Shown here piece after piece: positions 1 through 9,343 of a DNA stretch of 64,000 nt. Positions within the stretch are counted from its first letter, which is position 1; each line of letters starts with the position of its first letter. Made by a program: the position numbers and the translations under genes. Source of the DNA: Patescibacteria group bacterium (GTDB lineage Bacteria > Patescibacteriota > Minisyncoccia > 2-02-FULL-40-12 > GWA2-44-9); assembly GCA_038061995.1 (NCBI GenBank), contig JBBTYA010000004.1:15350-79349 (forward strand). The letters are read 5' to 3'. The notes beneath the pieces are model-generated. The model saw nothing but the letters and a program-made list of their open reading frames with translations, did not search any database and was not told where the DNA came from.

Positions 1-161
1 AGGTTGCCAACGCAATTTCATGCGAGGTGTCCGTAACCGGGCACATCGCAATGCTCGCGTTCCACAACAAAGGGAACACGAGTGCGCGGGATTGCGTGAA
101 GTTGAGTGCCAACATCGGAGGTTTGGAGGCCCTCCTGAAGGCGCTTCACGTTCCCTCATAA
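1..161 (+). CDS. 3' part of a hypothetical protein (truncated by window edge)
   Basis: Open frame from nt 3 (VANAISCEV...LHVPS*), followed directly by a GC hairpin and T-run. Confidence 0.55.
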   Translation, partial: VANAISCEVSVTGHIAMLAFHNKGNTSARDCVKLSANIGGLEALLKALHVPS

Positions 162-167
162 CCGAAA

Positions 168-203
168 GCCCCGTGCACACTGTGCGCGGGGCCATTCTTT
201 TTT
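168..203 (+). terminator. Intrinsic terminator
   Basis: gccccgtgcac/gtgcgcggggc stem followed by a T-tract, between convergent genes. Confidence 0.75.
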
Positions 204-217
204 ATACAGAATAAGAC

Positions 218-505
218 TTATTTTGAGAGCTCACACACGGGGGCGCAAACCGCGGCACACGCTTCAGCGCCAGGAGCGCACAGCGAACCGCATTGGTTAA
301 ACCGTCCACCACGGCTCAAGCAGTGGCGTGCATACATTTCTTCATTTGCACCGCCCATCATCTCATACACAATTCTGTTACGATCTTCACGCTGGATAGA
401 AACGCCACGAGGTACCTGCATGTACCAATACATGCCAGCAAGACTCACTACAAAGAGCAAGACCAGCAGAACCTGCGGTGATGAGAGGAGGTTTTTCAGC
501 TTCAT
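218..505 (-). CDS. Small membrane-anchored Cys-rich protein
   Basis: N-terminal TM helix; C-terminal CxxRGG...CGSxC...CxxxCxxxC with 6 Cys. Confidence 0.75.
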   Translation of the reverse strand: MKLKNLLSSPQVLLVLLFVVSLAGMYWYMQVPRGVSIQREDRNRIVYEMMGGANEEMYARHCLSRGGRFNQCGSLCAPGAEACAAVCAPVCELSK

Positions 506-511
506 AGAAAC

Positions 512-805
512 TTACTGCAATTCCTTTTCTGCAGATTCCAATGCGCTCATTTCGGCATCTAGATCACCAAGATCAACGGTATCCAACTCTGCCTGGCGGG
601 CACGGGAAAGTGCCTTTGCACGAACCATCGCCATAACGTTCGCCGTATACGCTTCTTCGTAATCCGTAGCGAGCTCTTGTCCTTCAAGCCATACTGCGTT
701 GACGGCAAATGCCGCTACAAGTACTGACAACGAAAGATAGAACGCGCCCTTGTCGCCTGCTGAAAACTCCGAAAACAATGTCTGTAGTGAATTCTGTTCT
801 TGCAT
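512..805 (-). CDS. Hypothetical single-TM protein
   Basis: One TM segment and acidic C-terminus; TATACT -10 just upstream of ATG; 6 nt from the next gene. Confidence 0.7.
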   Translation of the reverse strand: MQEQNSLQTLFSEFSAGDKGAFYLSLSVLVAAFAVNAVWLEGQELATDYEEAYTANVMAMVRAKALSRARQAELDTVDLGDLDAEMSALESAEKELQ

Positions 806-859
806 ATGAAGTTAGTATACCAGCGAATCAGATATAAAACATAGTGGCTTCTGTTGATA

Positions 860-888
860 GAAAAAGCCGGGCGTTGTGTTGCCCGGCC
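860..888 (-). terminator. Intrinsic terminator of the 905-1320 cassette
   Basis: GCCGGGC-N8-GCCCGGC with adjacent A-run on + strand (U-tract on -). Confidence 0.75.
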
Positions 889-904
889 ACGAACCACCGC
901 GCGC

Positions 905-1153
905 CTACCGCGCCGGTGTTGCCACCTCCGACTCAGCGACGTCGATGTTGAGCAGCGCCATCTCGATAGAGATACACTGCCCACCGTACATCTGCCGGCC
1001 CATCTCCGGGAACCCATTGTCATCCAGGGCCTTGCGGATGTGGTACCGCGCTTCTTCGGTCATCGCGCATGCGCATGCGGATGAGCCGAACCCGAATCGC
1101 TTCACCACTTCTGCGATGGCGGCGCGAGCGCCGTTGTAGTTTCTCTCGGTCAC
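905..1153 (-). CDS. Hypothetical protein (ORFan cassette)
   Basis: GTG start preceded by GGAGG; C/G-ending codons; followed by terminator. Confidence 0.7.
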   Translation of the reverse strand: MTERNYNGARAAIAEVVKRFGFGSSACACAMTEEARYHIRKALDDNGFPEMGRQMYGGQCISIEMALLNIDVAESEVATPAR

Positions 1154-1155
1154 GG

Positions 1156-1320
1156 CTACCTCCTCCTCTCTTCTGCCTGATGTCGTCGCACGCCACGGTA
1201 GCGATTCACCAACTGGCGCGTTTCATTGGGCACCACCAGGAGTGCCAAGACGGCACCCAGCGGCAACAGAAACAGCACGCCAGCAACGGCATAACGCGCG
1301 CCACGCACCACCCTCTCCAT
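1156..1320 (-). CDS. Small single-TM hypothetical protein (ORFan cassette)
   Basis: ATG at 1320 with GGAGG SD downstream of a consensus promoter; hydrophobic core and basic tail. Confidence 0.7.
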   Translation of the reverse strand: MERVVRGARYAVAGVLFLLPLGAVLALLVVPNETRQLVNRYRGVRRHQAEERRR

Positions 1321-1339
1321 GCCCACCTCCAGAAAGCCA

Positions 1340-1368
1340 ATTATACCACAGAAATATCCATAGTTCAA
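1340..1368 (-). promoter_or_regulatory. Sigma70-type promoter
   Basis: TTGAAC-17 nt-TATAAT with TG extension. Confidence 0.75.
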
Positions 1369-1416
1369 TACACTTATCCCTAGGGGATTCTGGGGAGTGT
1401 TGCGTATACTCCATAC

Positions 1417-2736
1417 ATGCTTCGCCCGAACCTCCTTGCCTTCTTTCGAGCACCCGTACGCATCGCCCTTCTTAGTATCGCTATTGCTGGCATTGCGGGT
1501 GGAGTCTATCTCTCACGGCACGCCGATATAAATGATTCTTCTGCCGCCACAGCAAGCGAACCCCGCACTGCATTTATTCTTGAAGTCTTCGACACTATTC
1601 TCTCTTCCCATTGGGAAAAGCTCGAGCCAAAAGCTCTTGCCGAGCTCATGGAGAAAGGTATTGAGAAGCTCACAGAAAAAGACTGGGCACTCACGACCCC
1701 CGACCGCGCAGGTGCAGAGAAGCTCTTCACCGAAGCGCTCGCTACCATACCTGCTGAAAAACAAAATGAGTTCACGGCAACCCTTGGTGATATTATGCTC
1801 GCCAACCTCAAGCCATTTGGGCGCAGTCGCCTCTATAGCAAGAAAGAGGAGCAAAAATTACAAGACACTGTTCTGAATAAAGATACCGGTGCTAACCTAT
1901 ATTCTTCACTGGGAATAGAAAAGTCAGCATCTGCTACGGAAGTTACAAAAGCATACGAAGCAAAGCAAGCACAGCTCGCCGCACAACCTGCAACATCAGA
2001 AACGGAGAAAGCAAAAGCAGAGCTCGAGCGAGCGTTTACTGCGCTCCAAGATGAAAACCGTCGCGCACGCTATGATGAACACGGCGTCGAACCGACAGTC
2101 ACTGCTCGCGCTATCGCAAGCACTGTTGGCATTGTGCGCATTACACAAGTCTCTCCCCTCTCTTTCGAAGAATTTAAAACGGAAATGGCGGCCCTCTCGA
2201 AAAATAAGAAACTCACTTCACTCGTTATCGATCTCCGCGGCAACATTGGTGGAGCCGTAGACACTCTCCAGTATTTCCTTGGGCCATTTATTGGCGCGGG
2301 GCAATATGCATACGATTTCTTTCATCAAGGAGAGCCGATCCCCTTCCGCACACGCGTGGGGTGGCTCGATAGCCTCGTGCAGTACAAACGGGTTGTCGTA
2401 CTCATCGACGGCAACACACAGTCTTCAGGCGAGGTTATGGCAGCAGCTTTAAAGAAATATAACGTAGGTATTCTCGTTGGCGTACCCACGAAAGGCTGGG
2501 GCACTATTGAACAAGTTATGCCGCTGAAAAATCAGTTTTCTGAAACAGAAACGTACTCCCTCTTTTTGGTGCATAGTTTAACCCTCCGAGAAGACAACGA
2601 GCCCATTGAAGGACGCGGCGTTGATCCCAACATAGACATTCGCACAAAAGGATGGGAGAAAGAGCTCACCCTTCACTGGAATGACGCACAACTTACCCGC
2701 GCAGTGCAAGATCTCGTCGCCGACGCAAAGCGCTAG
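1417..2736 (+). CDS. S41 (C-terminal processing) peptidase with an inserted J-like domain
   Basis: N-terminal TM; IDLRGNIGG, TQSSGE (catalytic Ser), TKGWG and IEGRGVDP S41 motifs; LYSSLGIEKSAS...RRARYDEHG DnaJ-like segment. Confidence 0.85.
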   Translation: MLRPNLLAFFRAPVRIALLSIAIAGIAGGVYLSRHADINDSSAATASEPRTAFILEVFDTILSSHWEKLEPKALAELMEKGIEKLTEKDWALTTPDRAGAEKLFTEALATIPAEKQNEFTATLGDIMLANLKPFGRSRLYSKKEEQKLQDTVLNKDTGANLYSSLGIEKSASATEVTKAYEAKQAQLAAQPATSETEKAKAELERAFTALQDENRRARYDEHGVEPTVTARAIASTVGIVRITQVSPLSFEEFKTEMAALSKNKKLTSLVIDLRGNIGGAVDTLQYFLGPFIGAGQYAYDFFHQGEPIPFRTRVGWLDSLVQYKRVVVLIDGNTQSSGEVMAAALKKYNVGILVGVPTKGWGTIEQVMPLKNQFSETETYSLFLVHSLTLREDNEPIEGRGVDPNIDIRTKGWEKELTLHWNDAQLTRAVQDLVADAKR

Positions 2737-2975
2737 AGAGGTTTTTGCATCTCCTTTTCGAGATCACGAAATTCGTTTTCGATATCAGTGATCCGTCCAC
2801 GAATACTCGTAATGAGCGCCGCGCCTTGGCGCGTTTTTTGTAATGCTTCTTCGAGATCTACCGCGTCTTGCGCGCCAAACCACTGCACAATGGTTTCTAG
2901 CGCGCGAAGCGACTCGGAAAGTGATCCAGGAGCAGTTGCCTCTTTCTTCTTTGTTCGTGGTGTAGATGGTGCCAT
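2733..2975 (-). CDS. xseB: Exodeoxyribonuclease VII small subunit
   Basis: SLSESLRALETIV...DLEEAL...GAALI pattern; downstream of xseA. Confidence 0.85.
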   Translation of the reverse strand: MAPSTPRTKKKEATAPGSLSESLRALETIVQWFGAQDAVDLEEALQKTRQGAALITSIRGRITDIENEFRDLEKEMQKPL

Positions 2976-3004
2976 AGGTAGTACGCAGTGTAGCGCGGGA
3001 AGCT

Positions 3005-4141
3005 CTAGGATTCAATCGTCGCATCGCGAGAGCCGTCACGCATGCGAATGCGCACCGAATCCCCAGGGGCCACATCCTTTGTAGTGCGCACGGCACCAGA
3101 GGGAAGGCGCGTCACTACACTATATCCCCGCTCCAGTACGCGCTGTGGATCAGTGCTTTGCAATAGTGAAGTGAGCGCTGTCACACGGTCGCTCGTACGC
3201 GTCAGGGATGCTCGCACGGAAGCAAGAAGTGGAGCTCCGTCTACGAGTGCCCGTGCACGATGGACATATGCGTCAGTGGCGCGAAGGATCTGCTCGCGGA
3301 GACGCTCTACAGAGCCGATAAACGGCTCCCACGACTGCGCAACGGCCATTGCCGCCGCAGTAGGCGTAGACGTGGCTACATCAGCCGCTAGACACGCAAG
3401 GGGCACATCTCTGTCATGTCCAATAGCGCAGATAACGGGCACAGAAAGACTATGAATAGCTCGCACGACACCTTCTGTATTAAATGCTTGCAGATCTTCG
3501 AGGCTTCCGCCGCCGCGCATCACGGCAATAACATCAAACTCCTCTGCGTGATCTTGCATCCACGCACATGCCTTCATAATTTCTTCGGGAGCTTTCGCCC
3601 CTTCTACCCGAACACTATAGAGCGAAAGCGCCATTCCTCGCTGGGGTAGGTTTTTACGGAAGTCATCAATCACCGCCCCTGTGCGTGAGGTGATGATTCC
3701 AACGCGTGAAATCCGTTCTGGCAGTGGCCGCTTACGTGCAAAGAGCCCCTCGCGCTCAAGCTGTTCTTTTAATAAAACGTACGCGCGCTGAAGTGAGCCT
3801 TCTCCAAGCGGCTCAAGATATTCCACGCGCAACGAGAAACGTCCTTTTGGTTTATAGATATTCGCATTCCCCGCGACCTTCACGCGCATGCCATCTTCAA
3901 GCATAGAGGCTATCATGCGTGCCGCAAAAGGGTTCATGTAGCAATCCAAAAGACTGCCGTCTTCTGGATCTTTCAGTGAGAAGTACAGGCCACTGGGGTG
4001 GTGGTGGACGCCCGTTGTTTCGCCGAACACAAGCGCGGGAGCTTGTGCGAGAACCGCGTTCACGCCATCTAAAAAGTCACTCACAGAAACCATGAGAGCC
4101 TCTGCGGCGGCTTCGGTCACACGCTTTGATCCTGTCATCAC
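3005..4141 (-). CDS. xseA: Exodeoxyribonuclease VII large subunit
   Basis: YFSLKD, ITSRTGAVIDD, RGGGSLEDL, IGHDRD, TPTAAA and LERGYS motifs. Confidence 0.95.
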   Translation of the reverse strand: MMTGSKRVTEAAAEALMVSVSDFLDGVNAVLAQAPALVFGETTGVHHHPSGLYFSLKDPEDGSLLDCYMNPFAARMIASMLEDGMRVKVAGNANIYKPKGRFSLRVEYLEPLGEGSLQRAYVLLKEQLEREGLFARKRPLPERISRVGIITSRTGAVIDDFRKNLPQRGMALSLYSVRVEGAKAPEEIMKACAWMQDHAEEFDVIAVMRGGGSLEDLQAFNTEGVVRAIHSLSVPVICAIGHDRDVPLACLAADVATSTPTAAAMAVAQSWEPFIGSVERLREQILRATDAYVHRARALVDGAPLLASVRASLTRTSDRVTALTSLLQSTDPQRVLERGYSVVTRLPSGAVRTTKDVAPGDSVRIRMRDGSRDATIES

Positions 4142-4150
4142 CCTATAGTA

Positions 4151-5530
4151 TTAGAGTGTCTGCACGAGAACAAGGTTAGTAGTGCCGGAAGTTCCAAACT
4201 GGTCGCGTCCCGCGACAACAACATACTGCTCACCCTTTTTACCCAGTCCGCGGGCATGGGCACGCGCCTCAGGAAGCGCGGCATCAAACGAGGTTATCTT
4301 GCCTACCACAACACCAGCGACACCCCACGAAAAATTAAGGCGTCGGGCAATGGATGCCGAAGGCGTGAGCGCAATAATGTGTTGTGAGTGACGATAGCGA
4401 GCAATGCGCTGTGCGGTGCGGCCCGTTTCTGTAAACGCGATAATCACATGTGCATCAAGCTGATCTGCAATGCGCGCCGCTGAAGCGGCAACCGCGTCAG
4501 CGATAAATGTATTGTCGGGGAATGCCTGTGGCACAACGTCAGTCTGCGCTCGAGTAATAATGCGCACCATCGTGCGGATCACTTCTTCAGGATATGCTCC
4601 ACGAGCCGTTTCCCCTGAAAGCATCACCGCATCGGTTCCATCTAAGATAGCATTCGCAACATCGGTCACTTCTGCACGAGTTGGGAGATGATTTGCGGTC
4701 ATTGATTCAAGCATCTGCGTTGCAGTAATCACTGGCTTGCCCATCGTTCGGGCGATGCTGATAAGTTTTTTCTGAATATGAGGAACCTCCGCAAGGGGCA
4801 CTGCGAAGCCAAGATCCCCTCGCGCAACCATGAGCCCATCGGCTTCACGAAGAATTTCTTCCACGTGATCAACGCCCGCCTTCGTTTCAATCTTTGCGAT
4901 AAGGAGAGGCGCATATCCCTTCGGGCATGCTTTGCGCACTGCGCGCACATCGGCAGCACTTTGTACAAAGGAAATCGCCAGCGAATCCGCACCAACCTCT
5001 GCCATCATCTTAATGTCCGCCTTATCTTTTGCAGAAAGCGCAAACGCGTTTACGTGCATCCCCTGTGCTGAAAAGCCCATCTTGGATTTCACTACTCCAG
5101 GCACAATAACACGCGCCGTCACGACGCCTTTCTGTATGCGGGTCACTTCTAACTTTGGCGCGCCATCATTCAGGTAGATCTCTGCTCCAACGGCAAGATG
5201 GTCCAGAATCTCTGGAAAGTTAATCGTAAGGGCGTCGCTCCCATCTTCTTTTTGTACAAAACGAACGTCCTCCCCTACGTTCACCTGTCGCTCCGTGGTC
5301 ATGCCCGTACGAATCTTTGGTCCGCCAAGATCGCCCATGATTGCTAGTGGACGTTTGAGCGCCTCTTCAGCCTTCCGAACGGCTACAGTGCGCGCATGAG
5401 ACTCTTCCAACGTTGCATGCGTGAGGTTGAAACGAAACACATCAACACCCAGCTTAGCGAGCCTGAGGATCATCTCTGGAGAATCACTTGCGGGACCGAG
5501 CGTTGCAACAATTTTTACTTTTTTATGCAT
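4151..5530 (-). CDS. pyk: Pyruvate kinase
   Basis: KIVATLGPAS, IAKIE, MVARGDLG, ATQMLESM, DAVMLSGETA. Confidence 0.97.
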   Translation of the reverse strand: MHKKVKIVATLGPASDSPEMILRLAKLGVDVFRFNLTHATLEESHARTVAVRKAEEALKRPLAIMGDLGGPKIRTGMTTERQVNVGEDVRFVQKEDGSDALTINFPEILDHLAVGAEIYLNDGAPKLEVTRIQKGVVTARVIVPGVVKSKMGFSAQGMHVNAFALSAKDKADIKMMAEVGADSLAISFVQSAADVRAVRKACPKGYAPLLIAKIETKAGVDHVEEILREADGLMVARGDLGFAVPLAEVPHIQKKLISIARTMGKPVITATQMLESMTANHLPTRAEVTDVANAILDGTDAVMLSGETARGAYPEEVIRTMVRIITRAQTDVVPQAFPDNTFIADAVAASAARIADQLDAHVIIAFTETGRTAQRIARYRHSQHIIALTPSASIARRLNFSWGVAGVVVGKITSFDAALPEARAHARGLGKKGEQYVVVAGRDQFGTSGTTNLVLVQTL

Positions 5531-5628
5531 AGAATGGTGTTTGGGCAAAAAGGATATGCATTGTAGCGGAAGGATGAGAAAAAGAAAAGCCCCGCCACAG
5601 CGGGGCCATTCTTTTTCTCATCGCTCTC

Positions 5629-6027
5629 TTAGGAAGACAAGCGGCGTGAGAATGCCATCGGGCCAGGACCAAACGCAGAAACGCAGAGCGCCAGCGCAAG
5701 AAGGCCAAGATCAAGCTCGTAACCGCCCATAAAACCCATCTTAAATTTCACGAGCACGATTGCTCCAACCATGACCAGCGCAATGAGGCGGCCGGCCCAC
5801 AACGTCCACGCACCGATAAGCACCGCAATACCGCCGAGGAACTCAACGAGAGCCACGACGTACGCCATGAACCCGGGCATGCCAAGGGTTCCGAAGAATC
5901 CAACAATTGCATCCATGTTATTGAGCTTCTGCCATCCATGCGCAATAAATATGGCGCCGAGCACCACGCGAGCTACCACGATGACCCATCCTTGCAGTTT
6001 CGGTCCGGGAGCAAAAAATTCCTTCAT
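5629..6027 (-). CDS. DoxX family membrane protein
   Basis: ARVVLGAIFIAHGWQK, EFLGG, GGYELDL, GPG. Confidence 0.9.
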   Translation of the reverse strand: MKEFFAPGPKLQGWVIVVARVVLGAIFIAHGWQKLNNMDAIVGFFGTLGMPGFMAYVVALVEFLGGIAVLIGAWTLWAGRLIALVMVGAIVLVKFKMGFMGGYELDLGLLALALCVSAFGPGPMAFSRRLSS

Positions 6028-6148
6028 GAATCACCCGCATGTGCGGGCATAGCGCGTGCCACAGGCCAAGCGCTACATTCACGCATGCGCGTCTTTAATT
6101 GCTGTCTATTGTACATACCTACACCACACACGCAACTCTAAAAGCATA

Positions 6149-6553
6149 CTACCCGATGAACCCAAACACGGCGCCAAAGAGCACCACGAAGTTAAGCGCG
6201 GACACAACGCACCACGTGCAGAAGGCGCGGAGAATAAATGCCTGTACGTAGACAAAGTACAACGAGAACGCAAAGCCAAAAGCGATCAATGCCTGGAGGG
6301 CCCAGAACGGCGCAGTCCCGCCAGCGATAAGTGAAACGAGCACGAGCATCGCAAGGTACATACCAAGCCCAGCAACCGAGTTCGGAATGCCAAACGTTTT
6401 ACCGTAGGGGCTGTGCTGCACTTTCACGCACCACTCCTTCGGGAAGAACCAGCATGCGACCTCTGTGCCACGCATCTTGTGATAGATAAGATAGAGCGTA
6501 TCAAGAACACCGATCACTGCACACACTGTTACAATCTGAAGCGTTGTTTGCAT
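6149..6553 (-). CDS. Vitamin K epoxide reductase (VKOR) family protein
   Basis: C...CxxV..SPYG..FGIPNS..G loop and C-terminal AFCTWC (CxxC); start moved to ATG 6553. Confidence 0.92.
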   Translation of the reverse strand: MQTTLQIVTVCAVIGVLDTLYLIYHKMRGTEVACWFFPKEWCVKVQHSPYGKTFGIPNSVAGLGMYLAMLVLVSLIAGGTAPFWALQALIAFGFAFSLYFVYVQAFILRAFCTWCVVSALNFVVLFGAVFGFIG

Positions 6554-6557
6554 GTTT

Positions 6558-7160
6558 TTATTTTCCAGAACCCACGAGGGTGAAGCTCTGTACGAATGCT
6601 TCAAAGTCGCGTGTAGCGGAAGAATCTGCTTTATATGGATAGTGCCCAAGCGTTATCACTCGCCCATCGTTCGTAAAATAGACATACGTGAGTGTGTCAC
6701 CATCGGCAACATTCGCGCTCATCACAATGCGCGTCATGGTCAGTGGTCCCACGCGCACTGAGCGACGCTCTTTTAAGAATTCACTCCCCAACACCATGCC
6801 ATTGCCCGTGAACCATTCTTGCTCGTTGCGCGCACCACTACTGCGCCCGATGGGAGCTACGTTCACGGAGAACTGATTTCCGTAGGCGTATCCTTCCGTT
6901 CCTTCGAGCACTTCAAACTGCTGCTTCTGCGTGAAGAGCACATGCTCCGCGGTTATCTCATGGGGGTACCATCCCGTTGGAATAGAAGTGGTATAGAGTC
7001 CGCCAGCGTCGCGGTAGAGCCCGCCTTCGGAAACATTCGGTGTACCGCTCACCGTTGGCTCTGTGGTTTCTGTTGGCGCGCTTTCTCCTCCGCGCGTGAA
7101 TAGCCACACGCCAAGCACGATCACAAGCAAAACTCCTGCAACTGTAATAATGCGTTTCAT
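6558..7160 (-). CDS. Secreted/anchored hypothetical protein (possibly PsbP-like fold)
   Basis: Signal/TM anchor, Thr/Pro linker, YTTSIPTGW...FEAFVQSF pattern; -10 TATACT immediately upstream. Confidence 0.75.
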   Translation of the reverse strand: MKRIITVAGVLLVIVLGVWLFTRGGESAPTETTEPTVSGTPNVSEGGLYRDAGGLYTTSIPTGWYPHEITAEHVLFTQKQQFEVLEGTEGYAYGNQFSVNVAPIGRSSGARNEQEWFTGNGMVLGSEFLKERRSVRVGPLTMTRIVMSANVADGDTLTYVYFTNDGRVITLGHYPYKADSSATRDFEAFVQSFTLVGSGK

Positions 7161-7214
7161 ATATCTGCAGTATACCAAAAATACATAAACTCAGCGTGCA
7201 TATCACGGCATATC

Positions 7215-7243
7215 TTGACGATATGTAGAAGAAACTGTATCGT
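7215..7243 (+). promoter_or_regulatory. Sigma70-type promoter
   Basis: TTGACG-17 nt-TATCGT upstream of AAGGAGG SD. Confidence 0.6.
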
Positions 7244-7262
7244 ATCGCGCGAAGGAGGACGT

Positions 7263-7625
7263 ATGCGCAATCGGTTGTTGATCGCAGTACTTGCTCTCGG
7301 CACACTCTTCGGATGCGCTCCCGCGCAAGAACCCAACCACGGGCATCCGCAGCCCGTGATGACGCCCACTCCCGAGCCGGTTCACTGGTTCCGGATCACA
7401 CGCCCCAACAGGGCCGACGAGATGCTGAAGGTCGTGGGCAACGTACGGGTTCACAACGACAACGGGTGCGTGAGCGTCGTGAGAGAGGAGTTCGGTTGGA
7501 AGATCGTCTTCCACGAATGTGGAGTTGGGATCACCGACGTCACCGATCCCAACAAGGCGTCGATCGAGACCGAGCGCCCGACGCCTAAGCCGGCAGAGAA
7601 GCGTGCGCCGCTCGAAAAGCCGTAA
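7263..7625 (+). CDS. Putative lipoprotein (ORFan cassette)
   Basis: AAGGAGG SD; MRNRLLIAVLALGTLFGC lipobox-type signal peptide. Confidence 0.75.
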   Translation: MRNRLLIAVLALGTLFGCAPAQEPNHGHPQPVMTPTPEPVHWFRITRPNRADEMLKVVGNVRVHNDNGCVSVVREEFGWKIVFHECGVGITDVTDPNKASIETERPTPKPAEKRAPLEKP

Positions 7626-7648
7626 CCCCCCGTCCACAAGGAGGACAC

Positions 7649-8155
7649 ATGGAACGAAAGAAGAAGAAGCCGTCTCTCAGGACGCAGATCACCAAGCTCA
7701 AGAAGGAGCTCGCACAGAAGAGTGCTGACCTCTCGTACTGGGCAAACCAGGTGGCGGAATACGAGACGGCGCTCAAGACCGCGCGCGCGAACAAGGAGAC
7801 GGAAGCCCAACGCTTCCAGGCCGAAAGAAAGAAAGACCAGACCAGCCTCGTGTTCGCAGCGGAAGAAACGGCGGCCGCTCGAAAGGAGCTGGCGGGCACA
7901 CGGCTCGCTCTCCAGGAGGCTCTGGCCGTCCTCCAGCCCAACTGGGCGCTGATCTACGCCCTACACCAGGAGACGGAGGACCGCGTCGCTCCGGACATGA
8001 TCAGACACTTCGTCGATGGCCTTTCGTTCTCCTACGCGCACCTCTTCGACGCCGATCGAGACACCGCATGCGACGCTCTCATGTGTGCGCTGGGCAAGGT
8101 GCACGAGCGGAGGAGCCGCAACTTTTGGCAGACTTCTCCCACCGCGGAAGACTAA
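7649..8155 (+). CDS. Coiled-coil hypothetical protein (ORFan cassette)
   Basis: AAGGAGG SD; heptad-rich N-terminal half; followed by terminator. Confidence 0.8.
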   Translation: MERKKKKPSLRTQITKLKKELAQKSADLSYWANQVAEYETALKTARANKETEAQRFQAERKKDQTSLVFAAEETAAARKELAGTRLALQEALAVLQPNWALIYALHQETEDRVAPDMIRHFVDGLSFSYAHLFDADRDTACDALMCALGKVHERRSRNFWQTSPTAED

Positions 8156-8165
8156 CCCCCACCCC

Positions 8166-8198
8166 GAAGCCGTCACACCCGTGACGGCTTCATTTTTT
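8166..8198 (+). terminator. Intrinsic terminator
   Basis: gaagccgtcac/gtgacggcttc 11-bp stem followed by T6. Confidence 0.85.
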
Positions 8199-8263
8199 AT
8201 ATGCCTATAGAAAAGGACGGGAACCGAAATCCTCGCCCTTTGCCATGCGTACTTAGGATCTTA

Positions 8264-9049
8264 CTACACCAGAACTTTTCTTAAGGCAGGCTCTTCGATA
8301 ATAAGGTGCCCGCCGCCAAACACCACAAAAATACTCCGCCCTTCATGCCAGTATCGTTCTATTTCCGATGCAATATTAAGATCTCTTAGGTTGCTTTGAG
8401 CTCTGGCGACTGCGTTTATTTTGGTCTCTGTTTTGTTTGGGTTGATGAAGTTATTTACATTCTCACTCTCATCAAATGCTTTCCCGATGATTTTTTCGTA
8501 TAGCTCCTTCATCCTTGAAAAGGAAACCTCTATACCTTGCCATATCTTCCTCGGCTTCTGCCTTTCGCACCACGCCTCAGCTGATGTTGCAAAATGAGGC
8601 TTGGGGCTCGCCTGCCGCTGAAAGTTATTCATGAAAGTTAAGAACCAATATAGCAGAGTCTCTTCTCTGGGGATGTCAGAAAGGCGCTCCACAAGTTCCT
8701 CGTCACTCAGGTCAGGGCATGCAACTGCAACATTCGCCTCATGAGCGAGAAGGGTTATGAAGCCGCCCTCTGAACCGCCCTTAATAGCAGCTTCTTCATC
8801 TTTCAATAATGTACGCAACCTTCCTTCAACTAATACGATTCTCTCCCGCCCTTCTGTGGTTTTTAAAAATGTATTCCAATACTCCTTGAGAATAGGATAC
8901 TGGGGATCGCTAGGGTCGCGCGAGTGGTTCGCGCCAAAATAAAAAAGAGATTGCCGATCGTTCTCAATCTTAAATGTGTACGGACTGCGGCCATATCTCT
9001 TGGCCGTCTCCTCGTATTGCTCTCTGGGGAGCAGAAGTGATTTATCCAT
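8264..9049 (-). CDS. Hypothetical protein (possible TraB/GumN-like fold)
   Basis: 261-aa ORF; FYFGANH, VLVEG and FVVFGGGHL motifs; lower GC than flanks. Confidence 0.7.
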   Translation of the reverse strand: MDKSLLLPREQYEETAKRYGRSPYTFKIENDRQSLFYFGANHSRDPSDPQYPILKEYWNTFLKTTEGRERIVLVEGRLRTLLKDEEAAIKGGSEGGFITLLAHEANVAVACPDLSDEELVERLSDIPREETLLYWFLTFMNNFQRQASPKPHFATSAEAWCERQKPRKIWQGIEVSFSRMKELYEKIIGKAFDESENVNNFINPNKTETKINAVARAQSNLRDLNIASEIERYWHEGRSIFVVFGGGHLIIEEPALRKVLV

Positions 9050-9135
9050 GTGTGTTTAGTATTTTGCCACACCGAGAGGTGGGGGCATTTCAAGGGGTAC
9101 GAGACAATCGAAGAAGCGCTGAACTGAGTACTCTG

Positions 9136-9312
9136 TTATAGAGCCGTATTGGCGAGATAGAAGATTAATAACCAGATTACCAGCGCAATTAATCCATATA
9201 ACTTCCAATGTGAGTGAGTCGGTCTCTCGCCGCCTAAAAACCAAACTGGTATATGCGAAGCATTTGAAAACAATGCCCCTAAGATAAACAAGCTTATTAA
9301 TAGGTATTTCAT
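9136..9312 (-). CDS. Small 2-TM membrane protein (58 aa, below ORF-track cutoff)
   Basis: MKYLLISLFILGALFSNASH...WKLYGLIALVIWLLIFYLANTAL*; fills the gap downstream of the PIN gene. Confidence 0.55.
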   Translation of the reverse strand: MKYLLISLFILGALFSNASHIPVWFLGGERPTHSHWKLYGLIALVIWLLIFYLANTAL

Positions 9313-9343
9313 AATTGGAGTCGGATATTTTGCATAATTATCT

